The notes under the pieces are model-generated. The model saw only the letters and a list, made by a program, of their open reading frames with translations. It did no database searches and was not told where the DNA came from. DNA of 64,000 nt from a virus (taxonomy: Duplodnaviria; Heunggongvirae; Uroviricota; Caudoviricetes). This document shows positions 44,380-53,603 of this stretch, piece by piece. Both the position numbers and the translations under genes were made by a program. How positions within the stretch are numbered: the first letter of the stretch is position 1; each line of letters starts with the position of its first letter. The stretch covers positions 82,564-146,563 of the IMG/VR virus record IMGVR_UViG_3300044712_002337; one strand, written 5' to 3'.

Positions 44380-44889
44380 TCACTTGCACGGGGCCCCCTT
44401 CAGGAGTCCGGCGAAGGCGGCCAGCCGGTCCAGCTTGCGGTAGAAGTCGGCGAGCGAGCCGTGGTTCTCGATAATCACGTCGCAGACTTCGGGCCCGAAC
44501 TTGATGGTCGGGTCCCAGGCGACCCGGCCGTTCGCCACCCACACGTACAGGTCGAACAGCCCCTCGGCCTGGCACGCCTTCACCTCGGCGTCGTCCCGCA
44601 GCCCGCCCGTGATGGGGCCGACTTCGAGGGCGCGGCGGGCGAGGGTGGACGGCCCGGCCAGTCGCAGTTCGTTCCCGCCGTTGTACCAGGCCGTCCGCAT
44701 CTCGTTCGACTCGTGGCGGCGGCGGTAGGCTTCCTCGGCGGATAAACCGAGCTTCTCGCCCATGTGCCTGGCCAGGTACAGGCTGGTGGTCCCGGCGAAC
44801 TTGAGCCCGGTGACGAGCTCCAGGTACTCGCCGGCGGTGTCTTTTCCGCTTCGACCAGCGCCTAATAGACAGATTGTTTTAGTCTTCAA
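44380..44889 (-). CDS. P-loop nucleotide/nucleoside kinase (dNMP kinase-like)
   Basis: Walker A ICLLGAGRSGKDT. Confidence 0.55.
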   Translation of the reverse strand: MKTKTICLLGAGRSGKDTAGEYLELVTGLKFAGTTSLYLARHMGEKLGLSAEEAYRRRHESNEMRTAWYNGGNELRLAGPSTLARRALEVGPITGGLRDDAEVKACQAEGLFDLYVWVANGRVAWDPTIKFGPEVCDVIIENHGSLADFYRKLDRLAAFAGLLKGAPCK

Positions 44890-45100
44890 TCGGCACTTCC
44901 TTTAAGAGCTTGGGGAGGCGACCGCCGCTGTAGGCCAGGTCGTCGGAGTACTCTTGGGAGGGGTAGACGTTCTTCAGGTAAGAGCCGAGGGCGGCCGCCA
45001 CGTCGTCGGGCGTGATGCGGTGCCCCTGGGTGGCCAACTCCCCGTTCAGGTACAGCCCCTCCCAGTCCTCCAGGCTCACCACCACCAGTTCGGGTTTCAT
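44879..45100 (-). CDS. hypothetical small protein
   Basis: 73-aa ORF. Confidence 0.4.
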   Translation of the reverse strand: MKPELVVVSLEDWEGLYLNGELATQGHRITPDDVAAALGSYLKNVYPSQEYSDDLAYSGGRLPKLLKEVPIED

Positions 45101-45162
45101 GCTCGGCTTCGCCTCACTCCCGGGGTTGTGGGGCGGAGCCCCACATTTTAAAAGGGTGAAAA

Positions 45163-45629
45163 CTACGTTCGGGAGGACGCCCCGTTCAACTCGAACGTCA
45201 GTTCGAGGTGGTTCCGCCGCCCGCAGAAGTGCGAGCCGACGAACCCGGCGGCGAGCAGGTTCTTGAGCGACGCGAAGTTGTCCAGGTCGACGGCGGTCAC
45301 CAGCCGGGCCACCTTCTTCTTGCGGGCGTACGCGACGCGCGCCTCTAACAGGCGAAGCTGAAGGCCCCGCCCGCGGAACTGCGGCAGGACATAGGTGGGC
45401 CCGGCCCAGGCGATGCCGCCCGCCGGCGCCGGGTCCATGCCGCCGTACCCGGCCAACCTCCCGTCGACCACGGCCCGCCAGTAGTGCCGCTCTTGCGGCA
45501 CGGACAACCCCGCGTCCACCATGTCATGCAGAACCAGCGGGGACAACTGCTCCCACTTGTGCGGGCCGTCCACGTGGACCCCGGGTGGGAACCCGTTGAC
45601 CAGCAGGGAAATCCGTTCGCGAAGCGTCA
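45163..45629 (-). CDS. GNAT-family acetyltransferase (start approximate)
   Basis: LPQFRGRGLQLRLLEARVAYAR motif; TTG start overlapping primase stop. Confidence 0.45.
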
Positions 45630-46661
45630 AAGGCCCAACCTCCTCTTGATGTCGTCCGGCGGCGTCGCCGCCCAGTCCTTCTCCGGCGGCCGGCACCGCC
45701 GCACGTTGAACAGCCGGGACAGCCGGCTCAGCACGGTGGCGTACCCCTTCTCCCCGGCCTCGTCGTTGTCGGTGGCCACCACCACCTCCAGGGCCCCGCT
45801 CTGTTCGAGCAGGAACTGCTGGCCGTCCTTGAGGGTCTGGCCGAACAGGCCGACCACGTCCGGAACCCCGGCCGCCCGGCACGCCCACACGTCCCCGGGG
45901 CCTTCCACCAGGACCACCCGCTGCGTCGCCCGAATGCCGGGCTGGGCTCGTCCCAGCCCGTACAAGTGGCGGCCGCTGTGGAACCCGTGGTGCCGCCACT
46001 TCGGGGTGGCGTCGTCCCACTCCCGCTCCCCCGTCACCCGCCCGGAGAAGCCCACCACCCGGGTGCCCTCGCCGTTGAGGACGGGGGCCAGGGCCCGCCC
46101 CCGCAACGCCCGCGCCTTCGGCTCCGCCCGGGGCTCGCCGACCAGGAACTCCTCTAGCACGGCGGGGGCGAAGCCCCGGCCGAGGAAGTACGGGCTGGGG
46201 GTCACCAGCCACCGCCGCACCTCCTCGACCGGTATCCCGTCCTCCTCTCTCGGGGGCGTCAGCCGCCCCATCGCCTTCACGAACGCCGCGCCCGGGGCCG
46301 CCGGCGGGAGGGGGGCGACCTGGCCCCCCAGGAACCCCTCGGCCCACCGGGCCGCCTCGACGGCCCCGACCTCCCGGCCCTCCCGGGCCGACAGGACCGC
46401 CCGGACGAGACCCAGGCAGTTGTCCGGGGCGTGCCCGTGGCAGCCGTTCGTCCAGCACCGCCAGCGGTCGTTCGGGTACAGGGTGAACGCCGTCGGGTTG
46501 TCCCCGCAGTGCACCGGGCACGGGCCGTTCAGGTACCCGGGGCCCGGGCTGACGGCGGCCCCCAGGGCGGCCAGCAGGTCCTCGGACCGGGCCACCAGGG
46601 CGGCCGACACCGCCTTAAAATCGTACGGCTTCGTCGGCGCCGCCGGCCTTCGAGTACTCAT
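45627..46661 (-). CDS. DNA primase (DnaG-like zinc-binding + TOPRIM)
   Basis: CPVHCGD...CWTNGCHGH and TOPRIM VVLVEGPGDVWA...ATDNDEAGEKG. Confidence 0.75.
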   Translation of the reverse strand: MSTRRPAAPTKPYDFKAVSAALVARSEDLLAALGAAVSPGPGYLNGPCPVHCGDNPTAFTLYPNDRWRCWTNGCHGHAPDNCLGLVRAVLSAREGREVGAVEAARWAEGFLGGQVAPLPPAAPGAAFVKAMGRLTPPREEDGIPVEEVRRWLVTPSPYFLGRGFAPAVLEEFLVGEPRAEPKARALRGRALAPVLNGEGTRVVGFSGRVTGEREWDDATPKWRHHGFHSGRHLYGLGRAQPGIRATQRVVLVEGPGDVWACRAAGVPDVVGLFGQTLKDGQQFLLEQSGALEVVVATDNDEAGEKGYATVLSRLSRLFNVRRCRPPEKDWAATPPDDIKRRLGL

Positions 46662-48009
46662 GCAGCGTCGGCCCCTCGGACAGCCGACACGTGCCGGGGT
46701 CCATTTTCATGTAGATGAAATCGCCCGCCCGCCACTTGCCCCCGTGCCGGGTGTCCTGCGGGGTGAGGGCGTGGGTGAACTCGCGGTCCTTCAGCTGGGC
46801 CACCTCCTCCTCTTCCAGCCACCGCAGGTCGGACAGCGACGTGCAGAACCACCGCAGCCGGTCGCTCTGGGACACGTCCAGCTGGCGGTTCAGCTGGACG
46901 AACGCCACGCACCGCCCGGAGTACTTGGCCATCAGGTCCTTGACCGCGGTGGCCAGGAACCCCATGGCCTGGAACTCGGCCATCTCCCCCAGGTCCTTGG
47001 ACGAGGTGAGCTTGAAGTAGTCGAGGAAGATGACGCACGGCTTCACCTGCGACTCGGGGGTGAGGCCCACCTTGGTGAGCATCCACCGCCGCATGGCGGA
47101 CACGATTTCGTCCATCGTCCTGCCGGCCACGCACTCGTGGTAGAACGGCAGCCGCTCCAGCCCGTCGTACACCGCCCGCAGGGAGTCCAGCAGGGCCGGG
47201 TCGCCGGCCACCTGCCCGTCCCGGATGAGCCGCTCCCGCACCCCCGAGGCGTTCGCCGCCATCCGGCGAATCTGCTCCTCCAGGGTCATCTCCGTGTCCA
47301 CGTACAGGACCGGGTACCCGTTGCGGGCGACGTTCATCGCAATCGACAACGCGCAGACGCTCTTGCCCGTCTTGGGGCGAGCCGCGATGATGTCGAGCGA
47401 GTTCGGCAGGAGCCCCCCGCCCAGGGCCTCGTCCCACCGCGGGAACCCGGTCGGGATGCCCATCGGCCGGGCCGTCCCGAGCAGCGCCTCCAGGTACCCC
47501 CGCACCCGCTCGCCCACCCGGACGAGGCCGTCGTGCTCGTCGGCCCGGCGGCCGAAGTCGAGCACCCGCCCCTCCACCCTGGCCATCAGCTCGGCGATGG
47601 GGTCGGCCGGGTCGTACCCGGCCACGTCCGCCTTGGCCGCCTCCAGCTCGCCGGCGAAGTCCCGCACCAGGTGCAGCTTCCGCACCCGCTGAGCCAGCTT
47701 GCGGGCGTTCCCCAGGTCGGCCGGGAAGTTGGTGATGGCCCGCAGGTAGTCGACGTGCTCGGCCCTGTCGGCGAACTCCCTGAACCCGAGCTCCTCGGCC
47801 TTGGACAGGACGGTGGCCAGGTCGGGCCTGGCCTGGGGGTCGTCGTCCAGGAGCCGCGTCAGCACGCGGTACAGGACGGCGGCCACCGGGATGGTGAAGC
47901 TCGTCGGGGAGAGGAGGCCGCCGACGTCGGCGTACACCCCGTTCCCGCCGCGGAACAGGCAGGCGATCACCCCCCGCTCGGCGGCCGGGTCGCAGTGGCT
48001 CGTCATCAC
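46615..48009 (-). CDS. dnaB: replicative DNA helicase DnaB
   Basis: N-terminal ERGVIACL, Walker A IIAARPKTGKS, RecA-like core. Confidence 0.85.
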   Translation of the reverse strand: MMTSHCDPAAERGVIACLFRGGNGVYADVGGLLSPTSFTIPVAAVLYRVLTRLLDDDPQARPDLATVLSKAEELGFREFADRAEHVDYLRAITNFPADLGNARKLAQRVRKLHLVRDFAGELEAAKADVAGYDPADPIAELMARVEGRVLDFGRRADEHDGLVRVGERVRGYLEALLGTARPMGIPTGFPRWDEALGGGLLPNSLDIIAARPKTGKSVCALSIAMNVARNGYPVLYVDTEMTLEEQIRRMAANASGVRERLIRDGQVAGDPALLDSLRAVYDGLERLPFYHECVAGRTMDEIVSAMRRWMLTKVGLTPESQVKPCVIFLDYFKLTSSKDLGEMAEFQAMGFLATAVKDLMAKYSGRCVAFVQLNRQLDVSQSDRLRWFCTSLSDLRWLEEEEVAQLKDREFTHALTPQDTRHGGKWRAGDFIYMKMDPGTCRLSEGPTLHEYSKAGGADEAVRF

Positions 48010-48030
48010 ACCCTCGTGTTCGATTTCGGG

Positions 48031-48078
48031 ACCCGCGGGGTACCCCCGCGGATTTTAAAAGGGTGAAATCACACTCAG
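48031..48078. repeat. cassette: hairpin CCGCGGGGtacCCCCGCGG + GATTTTAAAAGGGTGAAATCACACTCA Confidence 0.55.
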
Positions 48079-48530
48079 CACGACGGCCGGGGCACGCGCC
48101 CCCCGGCGGCCGGCGACGCCGCCTCCATCGCGTCCGTCTTCGGCCCCACGGGCGGCAGGTCGGCCTCGTTGTTGTCGTACACCCGCGGGCCGGAGGCCGC
48201 GCACCGGGCGAGGCCGCCGGTCGGCCAGGCGGACGGGGTGTACGGGAACGGGGAGGGCGGTGGCGACACGGGGCCGCACACGACGCGGGGGAGCTTGAGC
48301 CCCGGCGTCACCCCCGGCGGCGTGTCCTGCCAGTACGGGTAGTACGGCACCGTGAGGGGGTTTACACTCGGGGCCGGGGTCTGGGGCGGAGCCCCGGTGA
48401 CCTTGTTGAACACCAGCGCCAGGTGCTCCCGGACCATGTCCGTTTGCTCGGCGGTGAGGGCCTGGCCGGGTTTGACGCCCTGGAGTTCGAACAACCCCCA
48501 CAGCCAGAAACAGAAATTTTGTTCCGACAC
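48075..48530 (-). CDS. hypothetical Pro-rich protein
   Basis: GTG start after hairpin and cassette. Confidence 0.4.
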   Translation of the reverse strand: MSEQNFCFWLWGLFELQGVKPGQALTAEQTDMVREHLALVFNKVTGAPPQTPAPSVNPLTVPYYPYWQDTPPGVTPGLKLPRVVCGPVSPPPSPFPYTPSAWPTGGLARCAASGPRVYDNNEADLPPVGPKTDAMEAASPAAGGRVPRPSC

Positions 48531-48563
48531 CGCTCACCTCGTTCGCAGAAAGAGTATGGACTT

Positions 48564-48594
48564 CGTCCTTTTAAAATGAGCGGCTTCGCCGCTC
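48564..48594. repeat. cassette (inverted): CGTCCTTTTAAAAT + hairpin GAGCGGCttcGCCGCTC Confidence 0.5.
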
Positions 48595-48605
48595 TGTCCC
48601 CCACA

Positions 48606-48941
48606 TCACCGCTCCCGCCGCCGCTTACTGTGCGCCAGCCCCTCGAACGACTTCGCCACCTCCCAGACGCCGTTCGCCAGCTCGCGGAGCCGAACCAGTT
48701 TCAACTCCACGCCCAGCCGGGCCTTGTCCAGTTCCAACGCGTCCGGGTTGTTCATCACCGCCTTCCACGCCCGCTCCTCGCGGGAGTACCCCTGGTAGTC
48801 GTCCACCCGGCTCACAATCAGGCGGTCCCGCTGGTACACCAGGAAGCGGAGGTGCCCCTCCTCCTCGGCCAGAATGCGGGCGACGTAGCCGGCGTACGCC
48901 TTGAGCGAGATGGCCGCGTCGTCGCAGTTCTCCGCGCTCAT
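48606..48941 (-). CDS. hypothetical protein
   Basis: internal ATG chosen to avoid overlap with 48958..49473. Confidence 0.3.
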   Translation of the reverse strand: MSAENCDDAAISLKAYAGYVARILAEEEGHLRFLVYQRDRLIVSRVDDYQGYSREERAWKAVMNNPDALELDKARLGVELKLVRLRELANGVWEVAKSFEGLAHSKRRRER

Positions 48942-48957
48942 CAGCCGGCGGTCGGCC

Positions 48958-49473
48958 TCATCCGAGTCGAGCAGCTCCAGGGCCTTCTCCGTCGCCCTCG
49001 GCCGCTTCGGCGGGGGGAGCCCCTTCTGCTCCTCCCAGAGGGCGAGGTTCGCCCTCACCCGCTCCCAGGAGGAGGGCGCGCCAGGTTTCGGGCTTGTCGT
49101 CATCGAGGGTGACGAATCGCCATCCGTTCCGCTCGCAATACTGTCGCTTCCCGGCGTCTCGCTTTCGCTGCTCACGGAATTTCTCCTCGGTGCCGTGCAA
49201 AAAAGGGGAAAACCGGCGGTGCTGGGCCCCTTGCACCTCAACGGCGAGGGGCGTGAGCAGGGTCGGGACGAACAGGTCGAGGTACAGCGGCCACCTCGCC
49301 CCGGGCAAAAACACCTCCTCGAACACGCGGTCGTGCGGGTAGAGCGTGGCGAGCATCGCCCTCGCCGCCCGGTGCCCGGCGGACCGCGTCCGGTCGTCCG
49401 TGTAATCGTTCCGGGCGACACTGGCGTGCAACGCCAGCTTGTACTCGCGGCCGTTCGGGGCGGTGACTCTCAT
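48958..49473 (-). CDS. DUF559/Vsr-like endonuclease-domain protein
   Basis: YLDLFVP..LAVEVQGAQH pattern; ATGA overlap with upstream stop. Confidence 0.45.
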   Translation of the reverse strand: MRVTAPNGREYKLALHASVARNDYTDDRTRSAGHRAARAMLATLYPHDRVFEEVFLPGARWPLYLDLFVPTLLTPLAVEVQGAQHRRFSPFLHGTEEKFREQRKRDAGKRQYCERNGWRFVTLDDDKPETWRALLLGAGEGEPRPLGGAEGAPPAEAAEGDGEGPGAARLG

Positions 49474-50545
49474 GCCGCGGTCGCCTTGCGGATTTCGTCG
49501 TGCAGCCGGTCGGCCAGTTTCGGGTTCTCGGTGAGCAGGTCGTACATCTTCTGCATGCCGTGCGCCTTCACCCCGTCCGCCCACGGCAGGTTGTACCACG
49601 CCCCGGACTGCACCACCTTCCCCAGCTCAGTGCCGAGCTGGATGAGCTCCCACACCTTGTCCACCCCCACCCCGAACCGCATGTGCAGGGTGAACTCCCC
49701 GCCCGGCGGACCGAGGGCCGACGTGTTCACGAACAACTCGGGGATGAGGCCGATTTGCGGCCCAGTGTCGTTGTTCCCCAGTCGCCACCGCTCCATCTTC
49801 TTGATGGTTAGCTTGGTGGTCGCCTGGTACTCGAACGAGCTGGGAATCTTATCCTTCTTGCCCGCCCCGTACCCGCTGGTGTTCGCGTACTGGTGGGCGA
49901 CGGCGATGACGATGGCCCGGTTGGCCGGGACGACGCTCTCCATCATCGAGCAGAACTGGGCGGCCAGCTTGTACCCGCTCGACCGGTCGCCCCCCTCGTT
50001 CACCCCCTTCTCCATCGTGCTCGGCGCGCACATGGCGCTCACGCTGTCGAACACGACCACCGCCCCGGGCACCGTCTTGATGATGCGCTCGGCAATCTTG
50101 TAGTGGTCCTCGCTGGTGAGCGGCCTTCCCTCCTGCGAGCGGAGGAAGTGGAAGTGCGGCTGGTCCAGCTTCAGCCCCTTGATGCCGTGCAGGTCTCTCT
50201 GTTCGACCCGGCACTCGACGTCGAGGTAGAACACCGGCCGCTCGCCGTTCTCCGGCTTCTGGGCTTCGGCGCAAATCTGGAGGGCGAGCAGCGACTTCCC
50301 ATGCTTGGGCGGACCCACTAGCAAGTTCCATGAACCTTCTGGGATGCCGCCCACCGCCATGTCGAACGCCGGGCTCACTTTGATGACGTGCCGCGGGCGG
50401 TCGGCGTGCTCGGCGCCGCTGCGGGCGATGCCGCCGTACGCCTTGTTCAGTTCGGCCAACAGCTTGTCGGTGGCCGCGGACAGGCCAGCCCCCGTGGTCA
50501 CCTCTTCGCCGCCCTCGACCGCGTCGGTCGCCTTCTTCTTCGCCA
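49470..50545 (-). CDS. RecA-like recombinase/ATPase (UvsX/Sak4/RecA family)
   Basis: Walker A LLVGPPKHGKSLLAL, VVFDSVSAM; GTG after AATTTTAAAAAGGGAAGAATCC. Confidence 0.6.
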
Positions 50546-50584
50546 CGGATTCTTCCCTTTTTAAAATTGCGGCCGACAGGCCGC

Positions 50585-51037
50585 CTAGTCGAGGTCGTGG
50601 AACACGGACGCCTTGCGGGCCGACGGCGGCGGGGCCTGGGGGCCGCATTTCGGCGGGTCGGGAGCAGGCGCCGGCGGAGGCGGTAACGGGGTCGTCGGCT
50701 CCGCCTCCCAGTTCCCTCGGGCTTTCAACAGGGTGGCCCGCTTGGCGACCGCCTTCATCAGCGGGGGCGAGCCGAGGGAGTACCCCCAGTTGAACTCTTT
50801 GTCTTTTAAGAGGGATATTAACGGCTCATGCCCGTAGTCCTTGACCATCCCGTTCGCGTACGTCACCTGCTGGCGGAAGAACTTGAGCCACCTGGCCTGC
50901 TTCCAGAACTGCGGGGGGAGCGGGCCGAGCCCCTCGGCGGCGGCCCGCCGCTCGCACATCCGCTCGGCCGCCCACTGGGCGGCGGTCACCTTCTTGTCGG
51001 TGTACTTGCTGTCGAAGCGGGGGGACTTGGTGGCCAT
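50585..51037 (-). CDS. hypothetical protein
   Basis: 150-aa ORF. Confidence 0.45.
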   Translation of the reverse strand: MATKSPRFDSKYTDKKVTAAQWAAERMCERRAAAEGLGPLPPQFWKQARWLKFFRQQVTYANGMVKDYGHEPLISLLKDKEFNWGYSLGSPPLMKAVAKRATLLKARGNWEAEPTTPLPPPPAPAPDPPKCGPQAPPPSARKASVFHDLD

Positions 51038-51096
51038 GGGGGCATGTTACCACGCCCCGCCGGGAAATCAATACTCGTAATTATACTAATTACGTT

Positions 51097-51480
51097 TTAG
51101 ACGGCGAAGGCGGAGACTTCGCCCCACGGCCGCTCGAACTCCTGGACGTGCCCGGTGAACGGGCGGGGGAAGCGGGTGCACCGGGCGACGGGGCCGGACC
51201 GGACGGCGACGGTGGTCGAGTTCCCCTTGTCCCCGGCGGACGAGGCGAACACGGAGTTGTACACGGCGACCCCCCGGGCCGCCTCGAAGGTGGCCAGGTG
51301 CACCTGGCCGAGCCACATGGAGAGCGTCCTCACCCCCAGCCGGTTCGCCCGGCAGTGGGCCTGCAGGCGGGCCCAGGCGGACGGCCGGCCCGGCTCCTCC
51401 ACCTGGACCGCCACGCCGCCGTCGGACAGCGCGGCCGTCCAGTACACCGGCGGGTCGGCCTGGTCCGGGGGCAGGGTCAC
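51097..51480 (-). CDS. hypothetical protein
   Basis: 127-aa ORF. Confidence 0.4.
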   Translation of the reverse strand: MTLPPDQADPPVYWTAALSDGGVAVQVEEPGRPSAWARLQAHCRANRLGVRTLSMWLGQVHLATFEAARGVAVYNSVFASSAGDKGNSTTVAVRSGPVARCTRFPRPFTGHVQEFERPWGEVSAFAV

Positions 51481-52010
51481 AGGGCCGCCTCGGCCAGGGA
51501 GAGGTGGAGGGGCAGGCCGGTCTCCAGGAACGTGACGTAGTTCCAGTAGGCCGGCTCGGCCGCCGGCCGCATCTCGGGCGTGGCGGCCGCCCCGAACGGG
51601 TCGTACAGCCCGTCGGCCACGAACGGGAGCTCCTTCACGACGCCCTGCCTCAGCAGGGCTTCCAGCATGCTGTCAGCCGACAAGTTCGACCTCCACGGTC
51701 ATCCGGTCGCCCGCCTTCCGCGGGGTGGTCACCAGGCGGGTCACCGCCGCCCAGTCGTCCGGGCACACCACCGACACGAACACCCCGTCGTCCGTCTCGA
51801 CCGGGCGTTCGGCCGCCACGTCCACCGTCACCGGGGCGACCGCCGGGGACACGACCGCCCGGCAGGCCACCCACTCGGGCAGGCCGGCGTCCCCGCACGC
51901 CGGGCACGGGCACACCACCCCGTACGGGGGCTCGGGCTTGGCCGGGTCGAGCAGCAGCTCGCACAGCGGCTGGCCGCACGCCAGGCAGGACAGCTTCTGG
52001 ATGGTACCGG

Positions 52011-52352
52011 TCACGCGACGTCCTTCCCCTTGAGCACCTCTTTGAGCGCCCCGCGGTCCACCCGCCGGGTGCTCGTCTTCCGGTTCGCCGGGCCGGCCGC
52101 CGCCCGCCGCCGCTTCAGCTCGTCCGGGTTGTCCCGCTGCAGCCTGCGGCGGTTCCGCTCGGCCAGCTGGCCGATGGTCTTCGGGTCGTCGTCGGCGTAG
52201 TTTATCCCGTTGGGAACGCTGAACTTGCGGCGGCACGGCTGGCCGGTCTCGGGGTGGGCGGTGAGCGACTCGTCCCGCATGCGTTGGACCCAGTCGAACG
52301 TCCCCGCCGCCTCCCCGTCCGGGCCGATGAGCTCGTACTCGTACACTGGCAC
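52011..52352 (-). CDS. FmdB-like small protein (degenerate zinc ribbon)
   Basis: N-terminus MPVYEYELIGPDGE resembles FmdB MPIYEY but lacks Cys. Confidence 0.35.
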   Translation of the reverse strand: MPVYEYELIGPDGEAAGTFDWVQRMRDESLTAHPETGQPCRRKFSVPNGINYADDDPKTIGQLAERNRRRLQRDNPDELKRRRAAAGPANRKTSTRRVDRGALKEVLKGKDVA

Positions 52353-52448
52353 CGCTACCGCCCCCGGGGCCGCGGGGCTGCGCCCCGCATTTTAAAAGGG
52401 TGAAATGTCACCTCTCACCCCCTCATACCCGCCCGGGGCCCCGCGCGG

Positions 52449-53381
52449 TCAGCCCACCCGCAGGTCGTCCTCCTGGCGGCTCGCCAGGTACGCCCGGACG
52501 GCGTCCCGGAACCCCGGCTTGAGCTCGGTCAGCTTGAGCAGCCCCTCGTCGTCCGGGAACACGTCGGCGGCCGGGTCGTACTGGTGGTCGCGGAGGATTT
52601 TCCACCGCCAGTTGTACCCCCGCGAGTTCCGGCTGCCGTGGAACTGGTGGGTGAGGGCGCAGTTGACGAAGCCGACGTTCCGGTTCACCTTCCGGTGGGC
52701 CCGCTCCTGCCAGATTTTGATGTACTTCTTGTACGCGTCCCCGCACTCCCGGGTGTCGTACGTCAGCTCCTTCGACCCGATGAGGCCCATCGCCATGTGC
52801 AGGTCGGCCGACCCGAGCACGCACCGGTCCATCAGGCTGCCGCACGCCTCGAACGCCTCCCGGCGGAACGCCCACGCGAACCCCGGCGACCCGAGCCGCC
52901 AGTACTCGCTCTCCCCGTCCTTGGGCGGCGCGTCCCCGGTCACCTGGGCCTCCACCCCCTTCTGGTACAGGTAGGCCATGCCGTACCGCGTCTTCAGCAC
53001 CTCGTGGTTCGGCCCCAGGTCGGTGTGCGAGCTGAACGGCTGCACCCAGTCGTACACGGCCAGCTGGTGGATGGTCTCCAGGGCCCAGTCCTGGCGGTTG
53101 AACATGACGTCGCCGTCGCACCAGCAGCCGAACTCCCAGGACTTGTCGAACCGCCAGATGACCTGGTTGAGGACGTTCTCCTTGTGCCACAGGAGGTCCC
53201 GCGTGCGGAACTGGAAGTCGTCCGGGTTGCTCGCCGAGGTGACCTCCCAGTTCCGGTCGCCCACCGCCACCTCACCGACGTAAAGCCTTACGTTCGGCAT
53301 GGTTGCGATGTACCGGCGGAAGTTGTTGAACAGGTGGAGGCGGGACTTGTACCGCAGCGGGTTGCTGTACATGACGGCCAT
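52449..53381 (-). CDS. putative glycosyltransferase-like protein (DXD)
   Basis: FGCWCDGDVMF; internal ATG chosen, start uncertain. Confidence 0.35.
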   Translation of the reverse strand: MAVMYSNPLRYKSRLHLFNNFRRYIATMPNVRLYVGEVAVGDRNWEVTSASNPDDFQFRTRDLLWHKENVLNQVIWRFDKSWEFGCWCDGDVMFNRQDWALETIHQLAVYDWVQPFSSHTDLGPNHEVLKTRYGMAYLYQKGVEAQVTGDAPPKDGESEYWRLGSPGFAWAFRREAFEACGSLMDRCVLGSADLHMAMGLIGSKELTYDTRECGDAYKKYIKIWQERAHRKVNRNVGFVNCALTHQFHGSRNSRGYNWRWKILRDHQYDPAADVFPDDEGLLKLTELKPGFRDAVRAYLASRQEDDLRVG

Positions 53382-53558
53382 GTGCAGCGTCTGGGACTGT
53401 GCCCAGTCAGCGTGGGCGGCCGTCCCGTTCGGGTGGGCCACGTCGTGCCGGACGGCGGTGCAACTGCGGGCGGCCTCGCTGGCCGAATGTCGGAACGTGG
53501 ACACAGGACGACTCCGGCGGCGGGGCGGGCGAGCGGGGGACACCGCTCATACCCCGGT

Positions 53559-53603
53559 GGGGCCCGCCGAAGTCAATTTTTTAAAAGGGTGAATTAACCT
53601 TCA
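53559..53603. repeat. cassette: CCCCaccGGGG + CAATTTTTTAAAAGGGTGAATTAACC abutting RNR stop Confidence 0.5.

Noticed and set aside
45484-48066. 860-aa plus-strand ORF
   Set aside because: Antisense to the clearly motif-bearing primase and DnaB genes; low-complexity RPG-rich product.
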